DNA of 63,566 nucleotides, filler included, from Octopus bimaculoides (taxonomy: Eukaryota): NCBI RefSeq assembly GCF_001194135.2. It is 6 parts of 6 records of this genome, joined end to end, with 100 filler letters (N's around TTAATTAATTAA, not from the genome) between each part and the next. Parts side by side here need not be neighbours in the genome. Positions count along the whole stretch, not along the records: positions 1 to 22,265 come from NC_068982.1; 5 more parts are not named here. The stretch is one strand, 5' to 3'. Both the position numbers and the translations under genes were made by a program. The notes beneath the pieces were generated by a model. It searched no databases. It was not told the origin of the DNA and saw only the letters and a list, made by a program, of their open reading frames with translations. Positions within the stretch are counted from its first letter, which is position 1; each line of letters starts with the position of its first letter. Shown piece after piece: positions 1 to 13,689 of this stretch.

Positions 1-365
1 GAAGGCAGTAGTAGTAAACGCAGCATTCCTGGTCTCTACGTCTTGTGTTCGTTCATGCGGAACGACTTGTTGGTCAGTCTCCTTGCCTGCTGTTAGAGGC
101 AAATCGACCACGTGCGAAGGCCTAGCCATATTTCTTTTACGAAATATGGCAAATAAGCCGGAGAAAAATCAAAAACTTTTGGAAATAAACTCCAGAAGGA
201 GCCACTTCCTATTACAAAAACCCAATAGGGTCGAAGTGTATAGACTTATACACCTCTTCCACAAAAATATTTTAAAACTGCAAAAGTTTTGACATATAAA
301 AGGCCAACTTACTTGCGAGCCGATGTGACTAGCATCCGTCCAGATCAGACATAGATAGATAGACA

Positions 366-396
<31 letters not shown>

Positions 397-1174
397 TGAT
401 TGATTGACTGATTGATTGGTTGATTGATATGCAATCACCTGCTGGAAAAAAGCACTCAACGCTAAATTGAAAGAGTGAAGGTGTATGTACAACGAAAATA
501 ATCATAGAAAGATATCTATAGAGAATAGAAACAAGGGGGCCTAAATTTTGGGGTTATGCCACTAATCAAAGAAAAATTAAAGATTTAAGAATGGAGTAGA
601 CAATTGAAAAAGATAATACCAGATTATTTACTTCTGTTTACAATGCAGGTATAGCAGGAAAATGTATTTGGGGAACACAATAGTAGAACCGCTACTAAAA
701 TATATAGTGCGTGGTAGAGAGAGAGTAACTGGAGAGAAAATTATGGAAGAGAGCGGGAACGAGAGAGGAAAAAATTTGTAGAAGAGAGAAGAGCCTATAA
801 TTATCGGTAGATGCATTTATAGCATCATCAAATGTTGAACGAGATGACAAAGTAATAAATGATCATCTAATGAACCTCATTTGTTTACAGCTGTTTCTGG
901 TATAAGATGTTGAGGACTCGTAGTTCAGTGCCTGAATAGCACCTTATTGCTGCATCGGAGCCTCGAGTGCGAAGTGCAATGTATTTGAGAAAGAATTATA
1001 TTTGCGCATATTTAGAGAAAGGCATTATCAATGAGAACGTCAATACAGATGTATATAACAAAAGTGTACGTCCAAAATGTAATTAGATATATTAATAAAA
1101 AATATGTGAATATATGCGTACGCACGAACTTCGGTCATTAGTCTCACAATACATAAGCGAAAATTATATTTACA

Positions 1175-2000
1175 TACGAATGGGTAACCAAAAGAAACCG
1201 AAACTTTGCAATGTTGTTTTATTTTCTTAGTTTTGACATGTTTACACTTTTATCGCCTTCAAAGAATTCTCCATTTAAAGCAATGCATCGGTCCAAACGC
1301 GTTTTCCGTTGTTCGAAGCAGTGCCGGAATTTTTGCGAAGTGTATCCTTTTAACGCCTCCATCGTTATTTCTTTCACCTCTTCCACATCTGCAAATTCTG
1401 TAGCACCAGCTTTAATCACCCGTGATGACCTTCAAAAGAGGGCCCGGCTCAACTTCCAGCTGTTCTTTCAGTTCAATACACGCATTCAGTTGTGACTGCT
1501 TTTGACCTTCCGTGATCAAGTGAGGTACACATTTTTCTGCAACTCTTTTCATTCGCAATTCCTCGCTTAACATTCGTTGGCAGGAGCTCGAGGGCACACC
1601 AATCATATCAACAACTGGTCAGTGACAGTCCTCAAAGATCATTTCATGAATTTTCAAGATGTTTTCGTTCGTTCGGGCGGTCGACGGTCGCCCTGAACGA
1701 GGTTGGTCTTCAAGCAACAAGTGACCTTTCCTAAAGCGTGAAAAAACACGTAAACTTCTTTTTTGCTCATGGCAGCGTCCTTGTAAACTGCTTGAAGCAT
1801 GACAACTGTTTCGGCTGCCGCTTTTCGCAGCAGAAAATAGAATTTCACGGAAGCACGTTGTTCCTTCGTTTCAGAATAATTGAGAAGCATTGTAAAACAA
1901 AGACGCACCAGGTGGTAGTACTACAGACTTTACTACACAGTAGCGGTGGGAAGACTGATGCCTGAGAGTTGCATCAAGAGATTTCTAGCGCAGGAAGCCC
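1175..2000 (-). mobile_element. Mariner transposon relic, internally deleted and frameshifted
   Basis: Minus-strand peptides EQRASVKFYFLL..AAETVVMLQ (HTH), MKRVAEKCVPHL..KVITGD and RLDRCIALNGEFFEGD (C-terminus). Mariner-style TIR TACGAATGGGTAACCAAAAGAAACCG at 1175; partner TIR not found. Confidence 0.85.
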
Positions 2001-2420
2001 GAACTACAACGGGATTGTCCCATAGAGAATATATGTTTCGCATTATCCTTAACCTAAACAAGAGAAACAACAAAACTTGAGTAGCAACTCACATAAGCTC
2101 ATCCCTGAAAATCTTTTACATTTTTCTTTACTTTACGATATTGAGTAATTTTTCGCTTAATCACATTTCCACTCATTTCATAGATTTCATTCATCCTTTA
2201 TTATCCACTTTAGAAACACGCATACATATGTGTAAGTATATTATGTCTGTGTGCTTGTGTGAGTGTGTGTGAGTGTGTGTGTGTGGGTTGTTGTTGTTGT
2301 TACATTTTTACTATTTTCTGTTTATAATAATATCTTTCTCCTAATTTCACGGATAATTTAATTCTGTCTTCGCAAAATATCTATTCTATCCTCTCTCATA
2401 ACATCGACGTATCTCTCTAG

Positions 2421-2422
<2 letters not shown>

Positions 2423-2498
<76 letters not shown>
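2423..2498. repeat. (TA)n microsatellite, followed by compound (TG/TA)n
   Basis: Directly visible. One of many tracts, e.g. (ATTG)n ~365-425, (TG)n 8183-8250, (CT)n 14513-73, (AGAT)n 16303-16405, (TATATG)n 22366-22660 and (CA)n 41462-41538. Confidence 0.98.
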
Positions 2499-2502
<4 letters not shown>

Positions 2503-4194
2503 GTGTGTGTATGTGTGTGCGTATGTGTGCGTATATATATATATATACGTGTGTATGTGTATATACTTATATATGTGTGTGAGTTTGCGTTTGTGTGTAT
2601 ACCTGTATATATGTGTGTGCGTGTTTGTGTATACAGACACACGTATATCTGTATTACATTATAATAATATATTTATAAGTATCTCTCTCTGTATACGTGT
2701 ACAAGTTATAGATGCATGCGTATAAATGATCGATGACTTTACTTTGAAGAAATATGTTATGTACATGTACATCTTCCTATTTTATTCATCTGTCGACTTT
2801 GTTTACCACAAACGCAGAGAGAAGTACAAACACACTCACAAATATATTGTGTGTCTCTTTTTATGTGTGTGTCAGTGCGTATACCGGTAACTATATACGT
2901 ATATATAATTGTTATGCATATGTGAGTTCTGAAGGCCGGTTTCTACATATATGTTTATGTATGTGTCGGAAATATTCATACGAAGATGATTGTACTTATG
3001 TCTGTGTGGAAGCGTTTGTTCTTGTATATAAAAGGAAGTCCGCAGTATATATCAAAAGCAACGTAATGTGTCTGTTTCTATTGCATAATATTTTATTATT
3101 CATTTCTTCCGTATGATGTTTTATTTTAAAATTCACTTTGTATATTTTTCAACGTATCACCAATGTTTCAATGTCTTATCCACTTATCTTCAGCATAAAC
3201 GTTCACAAAAAAAAGAGAAAAGAAAACTCCTTTTTGTTCTAAGGATATTAGTCTCTAGGTCTTCACTGATCGAACAGAGTTATCAACAAAAGCGTTCCAG
3301 TCGTATCCGCCCTAACTTTTTAGAGATACATGGAACTATATTATCAAACGTGTACTTTTCATTTTAAAAGAGTGTAATTTGAGGCTGATGTCGTTCAGTC
3401 TGCTAATTCCAGTAAATTGAGTGGTCATGAATGCCTCCATCATCAGAAAAATATTTCATTAAAGCGTGTACATTGTATGTGCTACACTGTTTTTATAGAG
3501 TGAGTGTTCATATTTTACTTTCATTGATAGAATATAATTGTGGATTAAATTCCATTAGTCGGCGTATTTCAATGTATATTAGGAGATTCATTTGAAGTGT
3601 ATATGTGTGCGTAATTATTAGATTCCATACGGAAAACTATGTTTCATTTTGGATTATTAATGAAAATTCCAGTGTTTCGGTTTTTCTATAGATAGGGATA
3701 TTGTATATCATCGGGAAATCACTAACTTTTGTTTTTCTAGTGGAATAAAATATGGAAACGATCCTCACTTCAAGGAAACGTTTTCATACATTCCTTTTTG
3801 CCAATCAGAGACAGCAATATCATATTGCTGCAAAAGCAACTTCTATCAATATCGGACCATATAAGGATACTTGATGAATTTAACAAAACAACCTCAGAAA
3901 GAATTTTCAATTTCAGTCACTACCTTCCTACGCCACACAATAAAATACTGCTCCCATATGAATGTCCGTATTTCCGAATGCTCAAAAAAGCATTTAAATG
4001 AAAGCCATTCGTCAGATGGTCAAAGAATCACCCAATAACAATATAAACGAGAGCAGTCAGAGAGCGCAAACCTCTGCCAATGCAACACTAACGTCCTCCT
4101 AACAATTATCCAGAGAGGATTTTTAAAATGAGAATATCTGAAATAAACTGGACTGCTTTCAAAAACGAGAATGCTAAAAATGAACCTGACCGCT

Positions 4195-4425
4195 CTCAAA
4201 AATTAAGCAAAAAGCAAAAGAGAAAAAAATAATCCAGAATCTCTGTCCGATACGGGATCGATCCCAAAACCTAATCAGTTCGTGCCAGTCACGAGGCCAA
4301 ACATCCCTAAAAGTTTCCTCCGAATCCATCCAGCGGGTTTTGAGATATTATGTCAACAGACAAATAAACAAACAAACAAATACGACTGAAAACAATACCT
4401 CCGCCTTCGCTACAGCGGAGGTAAT
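4195..4425 (+). mobile_element. Non-autonomous Helentron/Helitron-type element, 3' part
   Basis: CCAAAACCTAATCAGTTC..AATCCATCCAGCGGGTTTTGAGATAT, then (ACAA)n, then the 3' hairpin TACCTCCGC-10 nt-GCGGAGGTA (4396-4423) in an A/T context. This is DINE-1/HINE-like architecture. Confidence 0.7.
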
Positions 4426-5029
4426 AATATGATANNNNNNNNNNNNNNNNNNNNNNNNNNNNNNNNNNNNNNNNNNNNNNNNNNNNNNNNNNNNNNNNNN
4501 NNNNNNNNNNNNNNNNNATATATAAGATATATTATATTTCTGCCTGTTTGTTTGTGTGTTCTAATGGTTTCTACACATTTGTACTAGATATTTGAATACC
4601 ATCTCGAGCCAAGACCACTCGAAATACAAGGCGTACATGCTCACATAAACTCCACTTATGCAGTTACTAACCAGCGTACCGAACATTCTTCGAATATTTT
4701 TCCTACCAACATATTTTCTGCAGTTGTCATGTAACAGATGTCCAGAGTAACATCATCTGTGTCAATTTCTCCAGTATAAGAGCTCCTGTGGAGGTAACCT
4801 ACAGTGCATCCTCAACTCTTCTTCAAATTATACTATATATTGTGGTATGCAAATATTTATCATTGTTTTTGTGACTGTTCTGCTTCAAACAATGTAAAAA
4901 GAAACGAATTTAAACATAATGCAGATACATTACTGTTTAATCTTTATATCTCATTTCAAGTAAGTTAATAATGTTTTAAAGTCTCTGAAAGTGAGTTTAA
5001 AACTCAACATATCCATACATCTTCAATAG

Positions 5030-5490
5030 GTGTAGCTGTTTGGTAATAAGTTTGCTTCCCAGCCACATGGTTCCAGGTTCAGTCCCACTTCGTAGCACCT
5101 TATGCAACAGTCTCTGCTATAGCTTCGAACCATTCAAATCCCTGTGTGTAGATTTACTAGACGGAAACTGAAGGAAGTCCGTCGTGTGTATGTATTATGT
5201 GTGTGCGTGTGTGCGTGCGTGTGTGCGTGCGTACACACGTGTGAGCGGGCATTCGTGTTATGGTGTTGTGCTGTCTGGCACCACCGTTTGGCAACTGGCG
5301 TTGGTTTCTTTAACACCCCGTGACTTAGCGGTTCGGTAAAAAAGAGACAGATAGAATAGGTACCAGGCTTACGAGAACAAAGAAAAAAGTACTGAGGTTA
5401 ATCTAAGACTAAAACTTTCAAGGTTTTCTTCGACTAAAACTTCCCAGCATGACTCTAGTCCATTGACCGAAACAAGTAAGACATAAAAGG
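5030..5490 (+). mobile_element. tRNA-derived SINE family 1 (CORE-like, internal microsatellite)
   Basis: Head TGTTTGGTAATAAG..GGTTCAGTCCC, then GACGGAAACTGAAGGAAG, an internal (TG)n tract and a 3' part ..GAAACAAGTAAG. Homologous to copies at 30.7k, 38.6k, 39.2k, 61.8k and 63.3k. Confidence 0.8.
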
Positions 5491-5784
5491 TTAAACTATA
5501 TGCCATACCATCTTATAATTTATAGTGTGAAGAGAACTATGAGGTGCACCATTGTGTAATACATACCCCATTCTTTTACATACACCCAGAAAATAGTTGT
5601 CACAGATTAAAAACTAGAATAAATTTGTGCCCATTAATTATTGAAAACAAATTTAACTGATTTTCTTTATCTTTTCCATTTTAAAAAATTTAGCAGAATA
5701 CTGTTTTCCTTTAGACAGTTATTTTTGCACTTAGTTTGCAGCTCACAGCATTTCATTTCAATGTGTGATATGCTGGATGGGCTA

Positions 5785-6171
5785 TTGTTGTTGTTGGCAC
5801 TCCGTCGCTTACGACGTCGAGGGTTCCAGTTGATCCGATCAACGGAACAGCCTGTTCGTGAAATTAACGTGCAAGCGGCTGAGCACTCAACAGACACGTG
5901 TACCCTTAACGTAGTTCTCGGGGATATTCAGCGTGACACACTGTGACAAGCCTGACCCTTTGAATTACAGGCACAACAGAAACAGGAAGTAAGAGTGAGA
6001 GAAAGTTGTGGTGAAAGAGTACAGCAGGGTTCGCCACCATCCTCTGCCGGAGCCTCGTGGAACTTTAGGTGTTTTCGCTCAATAAACACTCACAACGCCC
6101 GGTCTTGGAATCGAAAACGTGATCCTATGACCGCGAGTCCGCTGCCCTAACCACTGGGCCATTGCACCTCC
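5785..6171 (-). mobile_element. tRNA-derived SINE (head A + shared tail X, (CAA)n end)
   Basis: Minus strand starts GGAGGTGCAATGGCCCAGTGGTTAGGG (box A) and TTCGATTCC (box B). Ends GGCTGTTCCGTTGATCGGATCAACTGGAACCC..GTGCCAACAACAACAA. Confidence 0.85.
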
Positions 6172-8181
6172 ACGGATGAGCTATAGATTATATGAAAAAG
6201 GAAATCTGTTACATAAAAAAATGCAATTAAAATAGAACATTCAAACAAATAGTTACATAGCAACTCAGTTTCATTCTGAGATTGGCGGCTATAAATACGG
6301 AAAATTACATTTCAATATAAGCTACTTTTACTTTCATATATTGATATTTTATTAACATTGGGTCAAATGTTTTTTTCCGTTGTTATAAGGGAATGAGACG
6401 GGGTGGTACCAGTCGAACAAAGGTCTGCGATTCTTTTAATTGTATTATTTTTTTTGTACCGTTTAAGTTAGACATTGTTTGTTCCTGCAAGATTTCATAT
6501 TGAATACGTATGCATGATGCTAGTGTTTGTGTTTCTCAATAGACACAAAAAAATTCATTATGCTATGTCAAATTGTGTGATGCAATATTATCATTTTCTT
6601 GATGGAATATTCATACGTGTCATTGACTAGTACTAAGGTGACCGTTGTAACAATTCATGTATTGAAATTTACCTTTGAAAGCCGTCAAAAAAATTATTCG
6701 TCGCGAGCAGCACGATTTCTGCTACGAAATTTCTGTATTTATGTATGCGGGCAAGTATACACACACACAAACACAACTATATATATANNNNNNNNNNTAT
6801 ATATATATATATATGTGTGTGTGTCATAAACGTAGACACACACATACATACATGCCTGCATGCATACATATTACATACATACATATACATGCATACGTAA
6901 TTATGAGATGATTATGCATACTTACTTACGTATGTACGTATGTAGGCATAATCATTCCATAATTTTTTTTTTAATAGATGAATGTCTATAAAACATATGC
7001 TCAGTTAACCTATATCGGAACTATAAATGGAATAAATAAAAACTCTGTTTGATCACATAAAAGTGTGTGCGTATATGTATGTATCTATAAACGGATGTAT
7101 GTATACATGTATATACCGATGAAATATGTATGTACGTATCTGTCTGTGTGTATGTATGTATGTATGTATGTATGTATGTATGTATCTGTGTGTGCGTATG
7201 TATGTATGTATGTATGTATGTGTGTATGTGACGTCTACATCTTTTCATATTTGTATTTAATTCTATCAGCCTATTACAATAGCTATTGTTGATAAGAATT
7301 TGGTTTAATCTCAGTAGCTCATGATAAAGGGCATCTTCAGTACTAGAAACATTAAACGCTCGTCTAAACAGCTTTTCTTATCATTTATTTTATTTTATTT
7401 TATTCTATTCTATTTTAGTTTAGTTTAGTTTAAACCGCTGGATCTTGATAACTCTCAGCACATTGACTTTATTAAATCATTTATTTCCGTCTTTTTGTGA
7501 ATAGAAAAATGTTACTTCCAACATCAATATCAAGGAAGGGGCGTTCACTGTTATGAAGTGATAAGAATATATTGTATCGCAATACGAAATAATTTTTCCG
7601 AAGCCCCTTTAAAAGGTTTTCAATTCCTGTTTGATCTTTTGTAAGAAAAATAGTATCAATCGCATCGCAATATTATATATAAAATGTCTGCGATTGCGTC
7701 CACGCGATACACACACATACACACAAACACACACACATACATAAATACACAAACGCACACACACACACACACATAAACACACAAATGCACACTCATAAAT
7801 ACACAAACGGACACACATACATAAATACACAAACATAAATACACGCATACATACACAAACGCATACACATCCACAAATGCACACACGTACATGCATACAC
7901 AATCGTACACACACACATACACATTCACGGGTGCACTCATATAATACGTATGTGTACATATGCTTACGTATACACTCTCAAATACATAGATATATGTGGT
8001 AAATATTCCAGATTTTCTTTATGCTGTGTTTGAAACCCATTCTTCCCGTTTAACATTAACTCTCATGGATATAAAGTCACAGTACCGACAACTTTGCCGT
8101 TATTGTACACTCGCGATTGTAATATATGTAGATTATTTGAATTAAATTTGTTCTACCAAGTTAATGTGAAACATTACTCTG

Positions 8182-8254
<73 letters not shown>

Positions 8255-10081
8255 ACTTGCGTTTGTGCGTGTTTGCGTATGTGTAGGTTTGTGCCTGTGT
8301 GTGTGTGTACATAGTATTTGATGGTACAATGATAATGATTATTTGGCTTTGTTACAAATTTGGATGGACTGCATTTTCGACTCTTCGAACGTACAACTTT
8401 TGGCTTTTGCTATATGTTCATGAAAATACTTAGCTGGAGATTACACGTAATGTCACGAGTTACTGCAAATAGTAATCACAACTTTGAAGGCCTGAATGTC
8501 TTTGTTAAAATCTATGGTCGTTCAAGACAAAACAACACCAAAAATTACACAAACAAGCAAGGAAACCTCCCTTATGTTATAAATTAACTGTGTTTCACAT
8601 ACACAGTTGCTGGACCTTCCAGAAAACGAAAATAAACTTACCCCATACCGGATCTTACCGTTTTAAGACAAGATGAACACACTCCATCATGTAGTCTTAT
8701 ATGACTTATACTTTCATCAACATTTTATCTGGGCCTGCAAGTCTTGACTACATTTAATTATAGGCATTCTCATCGGGAATGATATAGAGTTAAAAATGGA
8801 TAAGATGTCAATTCACACTATAGTACTTTTTTGAGTGCTACTTGGGTAATATTATCCTGAATATATATATAAGAAAATGGGATAGTCATAAATTGAATCT
8901 CTTTCATTATCGGTTTGCTTCATGAAGGCTGAATTGATCAATGCGTATAACTAATACAAGTTTATTACATTGGCACTAAATCTTAACAGTAGAATGAATT
9001 ATTTTTTCCGTAATTTTTTTGCTCATATTTTTATAATTTTTTATTTTAGTTCTGAGGACATGAGAGAAATATTTACATAGATGTGACGGTAGTCTATACC
9101 AAGTTTTTGTCCTCACTCAGTAGAATTCATCTCACCTAGTCTCTTTTCAGCTTCACAATGCTTTCGCTGTAAATTATAGCAGGGAATTATATAATCTAGT
9201 AGTGGACTCTCACCCATTGAAATTTAAGTAACATACTTATGAGCACAAGTGGTTTCAGATTATAAGGTTCGAATCACTAACTCCGTCATGTTTTCTGATC
9301 ATTGATCCGGCCATTCTAGAAATCATGTGACATTCAACAACTTGTCGATGATATTAACAACCACCGTTTATAAACATGTTTAGCTAACATTTTCAGTAAA
9401 CTATTGCATATGTTTGCTTTACTGAAATATTTTTTCAACAATGATTTCTGATCAATTGTTATTTATTTACATTTTTCTGCTTCGAATTGTGAGCGATCTT
9501 TAATTAATAAACAAAACCTGAGACGTTTACATAAAACTCAATCACGAAGACACATCGTCGAAATAAAATTATATTTTATAAACGGAAATTGAAACACCAA
9601 CACGATACAAGATTCAATTAAAAATAAAAGCTTCTCCGAAATTTAATTTTGAGTCGATAAAAACAATTTCGATTTTTATGTTTAACTGAATTTTATTTTA
9701 TTTCAGGCTTCAATTTTAGGTAACAACTTCATTCGCCCTACCGACTTCTGTTACTGCGAATATCATTGTTTTATCAATATGACATTTCTAAATCGAGATT
9801 TGACCTCCTTAAAATGCAACATCCCTATAGTTGAGAGAGATTGCGTTGGTCTGTTACAACATTCCAACCATTGATATTTTAAAGATTAATGAAATTCCAG
9901 ATGCTCATGGCTCCTGAAAGCGCTTTAATCTCGAGAGTGATTTGAAACGACTTCGGAGTAAAGAACAGAATTGTTAAGCTTGTCATGTTCAACGTCGGTA
10001 TGAATCGTGTTGCAATTATTTCTGAGAATACGTATAAATATGCCTGTAAAAATGTGTACGTACGTGCATGTGTGCATACGC

Positions 10082-10141
<60 letters not shown>

Positions 10142-11709
10142 GTGTGTATGAATATGTGTAAGTTAGTGTACCACGGGATGCTGCAGATATTTACCTTGAG
10201 ATTAAACTACTGTAGAAGATATAGAAGACATGTTAAACGTAGCTGTCAATCTTCTTTAAAATAACATCGTACCGTTTTTAAAAAAAATGATATTCTAGAG
10301 AATGTGATCCTATAGAGACACTCTCTCTGCCAAAAATATAGTTGAAATAATTTTCATTATAGGTCTGTAGGATGAGAACTGATCTGATGCAAAGCAACAA
10401 CAGAAGCCTTTGTTGTATTGCACACACAATTGTATTTACTTAAGGATACATCGGCACAAATATCAACAAATATGTTCTGAGACGTATATAGTTGATTAAT
10501 CGAACTCGCAGAACCTCCAGAGATTCATTGGTAGGGTTTTCAGAGAGCATATAGAGGTAAGAAACTGTATATTATAAAGATATTGGTTCGACGTTCTACT
10601 GCTCTACAATTTCACTACGCTCAATAAATATAATACAGCATCCTTACAAAGAGTAAATATTTCTGGAGAATGGTATGCTCAGTGCATCTACCTTTGTGAA
10701 TAACTGGCAATTATTTTATTGAGCAAGCAAGAGGTGCTGTAATTTTGACTTCAACTGATGTAAACTCAGCCACATAAACCTAGATGAGTTTGACTTAAAT
10801 AGCATAATGTATCGACTACGATGTTTTATCGCTTCTTATTATCTCACACTGTACATATGTAAAGTATTGTCGAGACGCTGAGATTTGTGGCTACGAATAA
10901 GCTTTGGCCTTATCATTAGGTTACCAAGAATTCTTACATCTCGAAAGAGTAGGTGGAGTTTATGTATATTATATCCTTGTCATATCTGATTAGACACTCT
11001 AATTTTGAATGGAACCACACGTATATCTGTAAGTCAGAATTAATTATTGTAGGTGATTTCTTACTGCATTTTATCTGCTGTCAGCCTTAATTATGGCTTA
11101 AAATTTTAAATGGAAGCCTTTCCCTGCCTATCAGAAATAATTATGATGGGCGGAGTATAACTATGTTATAATACTTCTGCCAGCGGTAAATATATCGAAA
11201 ACGGTTATGGGTGGAGCTTATCATAGTTTTATTGATATGAAAATGGAACCGTGGAAAGATGGGAGAAGTGCCAATTTTTGGTATGAGGTAAAATAGCCGT
11301 ATGAATAATGTAGGGAATTGATATACTATGAATTGCGAGTTCGTATATAGCTACAGATTTTATAGATTTTTAGACCCTGTTCTCGATTTGTCAAGCCATT
11401 TGTAATACGGTGAAAATATAACTTTGAAATACAAAAGATAACCAATCTCTTGTATATTAAATGTGGTGAGAGTGATTTTGTGATCGTCTTTGATTTATGT
11501 AAATAATTCCACATATTTCTTCCGTTTCTGTTTTCAAACAATTCTTGTCAGCTGAAAACAAATCAAGGTATTTGCCACAGTTTAATGTAATTAATAATTA
11601 TATATATATATGCATATATATATATATATANNNNNNNNNNNNNNNNNNNNNNNNNNNNNNNNNNNNNNNNNNNNNNNNNNNNNNNNNNNNNNNNNNNNNN
11701 NNNNNNNNN

Positions 11710-12216
11710 ACGTCTCCTTCATTGGACCCTGAACTCCGCTTGCGAAGACCTGTTGGGGCAAGTGAAAGCGAAATCGTGATGGCACCTGTACCAGTGGAAC
11801 GCTAAGAGCACCGCCTGAGCGTGATCAATGCCAGAGCAGCTATTTAGCTTCCGTGCCAGTGACACGTAAATAGCACCATTTGAGCGTGATTGTTACCAGC
11901 GTCGCCTTCCCGCTACTTGTGCAGGTAGCACGTGAAAATACATTCCCACGAGATCGTTGCCAGTGCCGCTGGACTGGCTCCTGTGCACGTGGCACGTAAA
12001 ATACACCATTTTGAGCGTTGCCGTTGCCACTACCGCCTGACTAGCCTTCGTGTCGGTGGCACGTAAAAGCACTCACAACACCCTCGGAGTGGTTGGCGTT
12101 AGGAAGGGCATCCAGCCGTAGAAACTCTGCCAAATCAGATTAGAGCGTAGTGTTACCATCTGGTTCACCAGTCCTCAGTCAAATCGTCCATCCCATGCTA
12201 GCATAGAAAGCGGACG
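11710..12216 (+). mobile_element. 3' end of LINE/SINE (RTE-like tail) with internal subrepeats
   Basis: Repeated GCACGT(A/G)AAA..CACC units followed by GGTTGGCGTTAGGAAGGGCATCCAGCCGTAGAAAC..CCATGCTAGCATAGAAAGCGGACGT. Related fragments on the minus strand at ~30.08-30.27k and ~36.96-37.12k. Confidence 0.6.
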
Positions 12217-12331
12217 TATGTATATATATCCTTTGTATTATTACATTATTGAACGCACACGTCCTTTTTTGCAAGTAAGTCTACTATTATTCTGACGTGA
12301 CTATCTTTCTATCTATCTATCTATCTATCTG

Positions 12332-12366
<35 letters not shown>

Positions 12367-13155
12367 ATCTATTTATCTATCTGTCTTCCTCCNNNNNNNN
12401 NNNNNNNNNNNNNNNNNNNNNNNNNNNNNNNNNNNNNNNNNNNNNNNNNNNNNNNNNNNNNNNNNNNNNNNNNNNNNNNNNNNNNNNNNNNNNNNNNNNN
12501 NNNNNNNNNNNNNNNNNNNNNNNNNNNNNNNNNNNNNNNNNNNNNNNNNNNNNNNNNNNNNNNNNNNNNNNNNNNNNNNNNNNNNNNNNNNNNNNNNNNN
12601 NNNNNNNNNNNNNNNNNNNNNNNNNNNNNNNNNNNNNNNNNNNNNNNNNNNNNNNNNNNNNNNNNNNNNNNNNNNNNNNNNNNNNNNNNNNNNNNNNNNN
12701 NNNNNNNNNNNNNNNNNNNNNNNNNNNNNNNNNNNNNNNNNNNNNNNNNNNNNNNNNNNNNNNNNNNNNNNNNNNNNNNNNNNNNNNNNNNNNNNNNNNN
12801 NNNNNNNNNNNNNNNNNNNNNNNNNNNNNNNNNNNNNNNNNNNNNNNNNNNNNNNNNNNNNNNNNNNNNNNNNNNNNNNNNNNNNNNNNNNNNNNNNNNN
12901 NNNNNNNNNNNNNNNNNNNNNNNNNNNNNNNNNNNNNNNNNNNNNNNNNNNNNNNNNNNNNNNNNNNNNNNNNNNNNNNNNNNNNNNNNNNNNNNNNNNN
13001 NNNNNNNNNNNNNNNNNNNNNNNNNNNNNNNNNNNNNNNNNNNNNNNNNNNNNNNNNNNNNNNNNNNNNNNNNNNNNNNGATATGCATGTATATACACAT
13101 GTAGATGTAAGTATGTACATATATGTGTGTATACATGTATATATATTCTTTGTAT

Positions 13156-13206
<51 letters not shown>

Positions 13207-13404
13207 AAGGGAGAGAAAGAGGAAGAGAGAGAGAGATGTTCATACTTATGTAACTAGTAAAGTATATCAAATATATTTTCCAATATACAAACAATATCTG
13301 AGATAGAACTCAATACGCAGGTTATTCATATGTATGTATATTTGTATATGTGTGTGTGTATGTAAATATGTATGTATATATTTTACACACACACACAAAC
13401 GAGC

Positions 13405-13667
13405 GTTCTGGTTAATTCGATCAACGGAACAGCCTGCTCTCGAAATTAACATGCAAGTTGCTGAGCAAACTGAAATAGTTCTCTAAGAGATTTAACATAA
13501 CATAGCGAATGTGATAAGGCTGGCCCTTTTGAATTACAAGTACAACTTATTTTTGCATGCTGGGTGTACTGGAGCAACGTGAAATGAAGCGTCTTGCTGA
13601 AGGACACAAAGTACCTCCGAGAATGGAACTCACGACCTTACAATCGTGAGCCGAGTACAGTTACCAC
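13405..13667 (-). mobile_element. tRNA-derived SINE (head/core B + tail X), decayed
   Basis: Minus strand reads GTGTCCTTCAGCAAGACGCTTCATTTCACGTTGCTCCAG, then the same tail (CAGGCTGTTCCGTTGATCG) as the 5785-6171 element. Confidence 0.7.
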
Positions 13668-13689
13668 CATCCCATATTATACATATAAA

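Noticed and set aside
9707-9719. 13-nt micro-exon (tttcAG|GCTTCAATTTTAG|GTAAC)
   Set aside because: It sits in AT-rich, repeat-like sequence with no partner exons identified; unsupported.
12297-13294. Long ORFs of 240-330 aa in the ORF track (also at 38.1k, 39.3k, 42.0k, 50.2k and 56.9k)
   Set aside because: They consist of N-gaps translated as X plus microsatellite-derived YI/CV/HT/SL runs; not genes.
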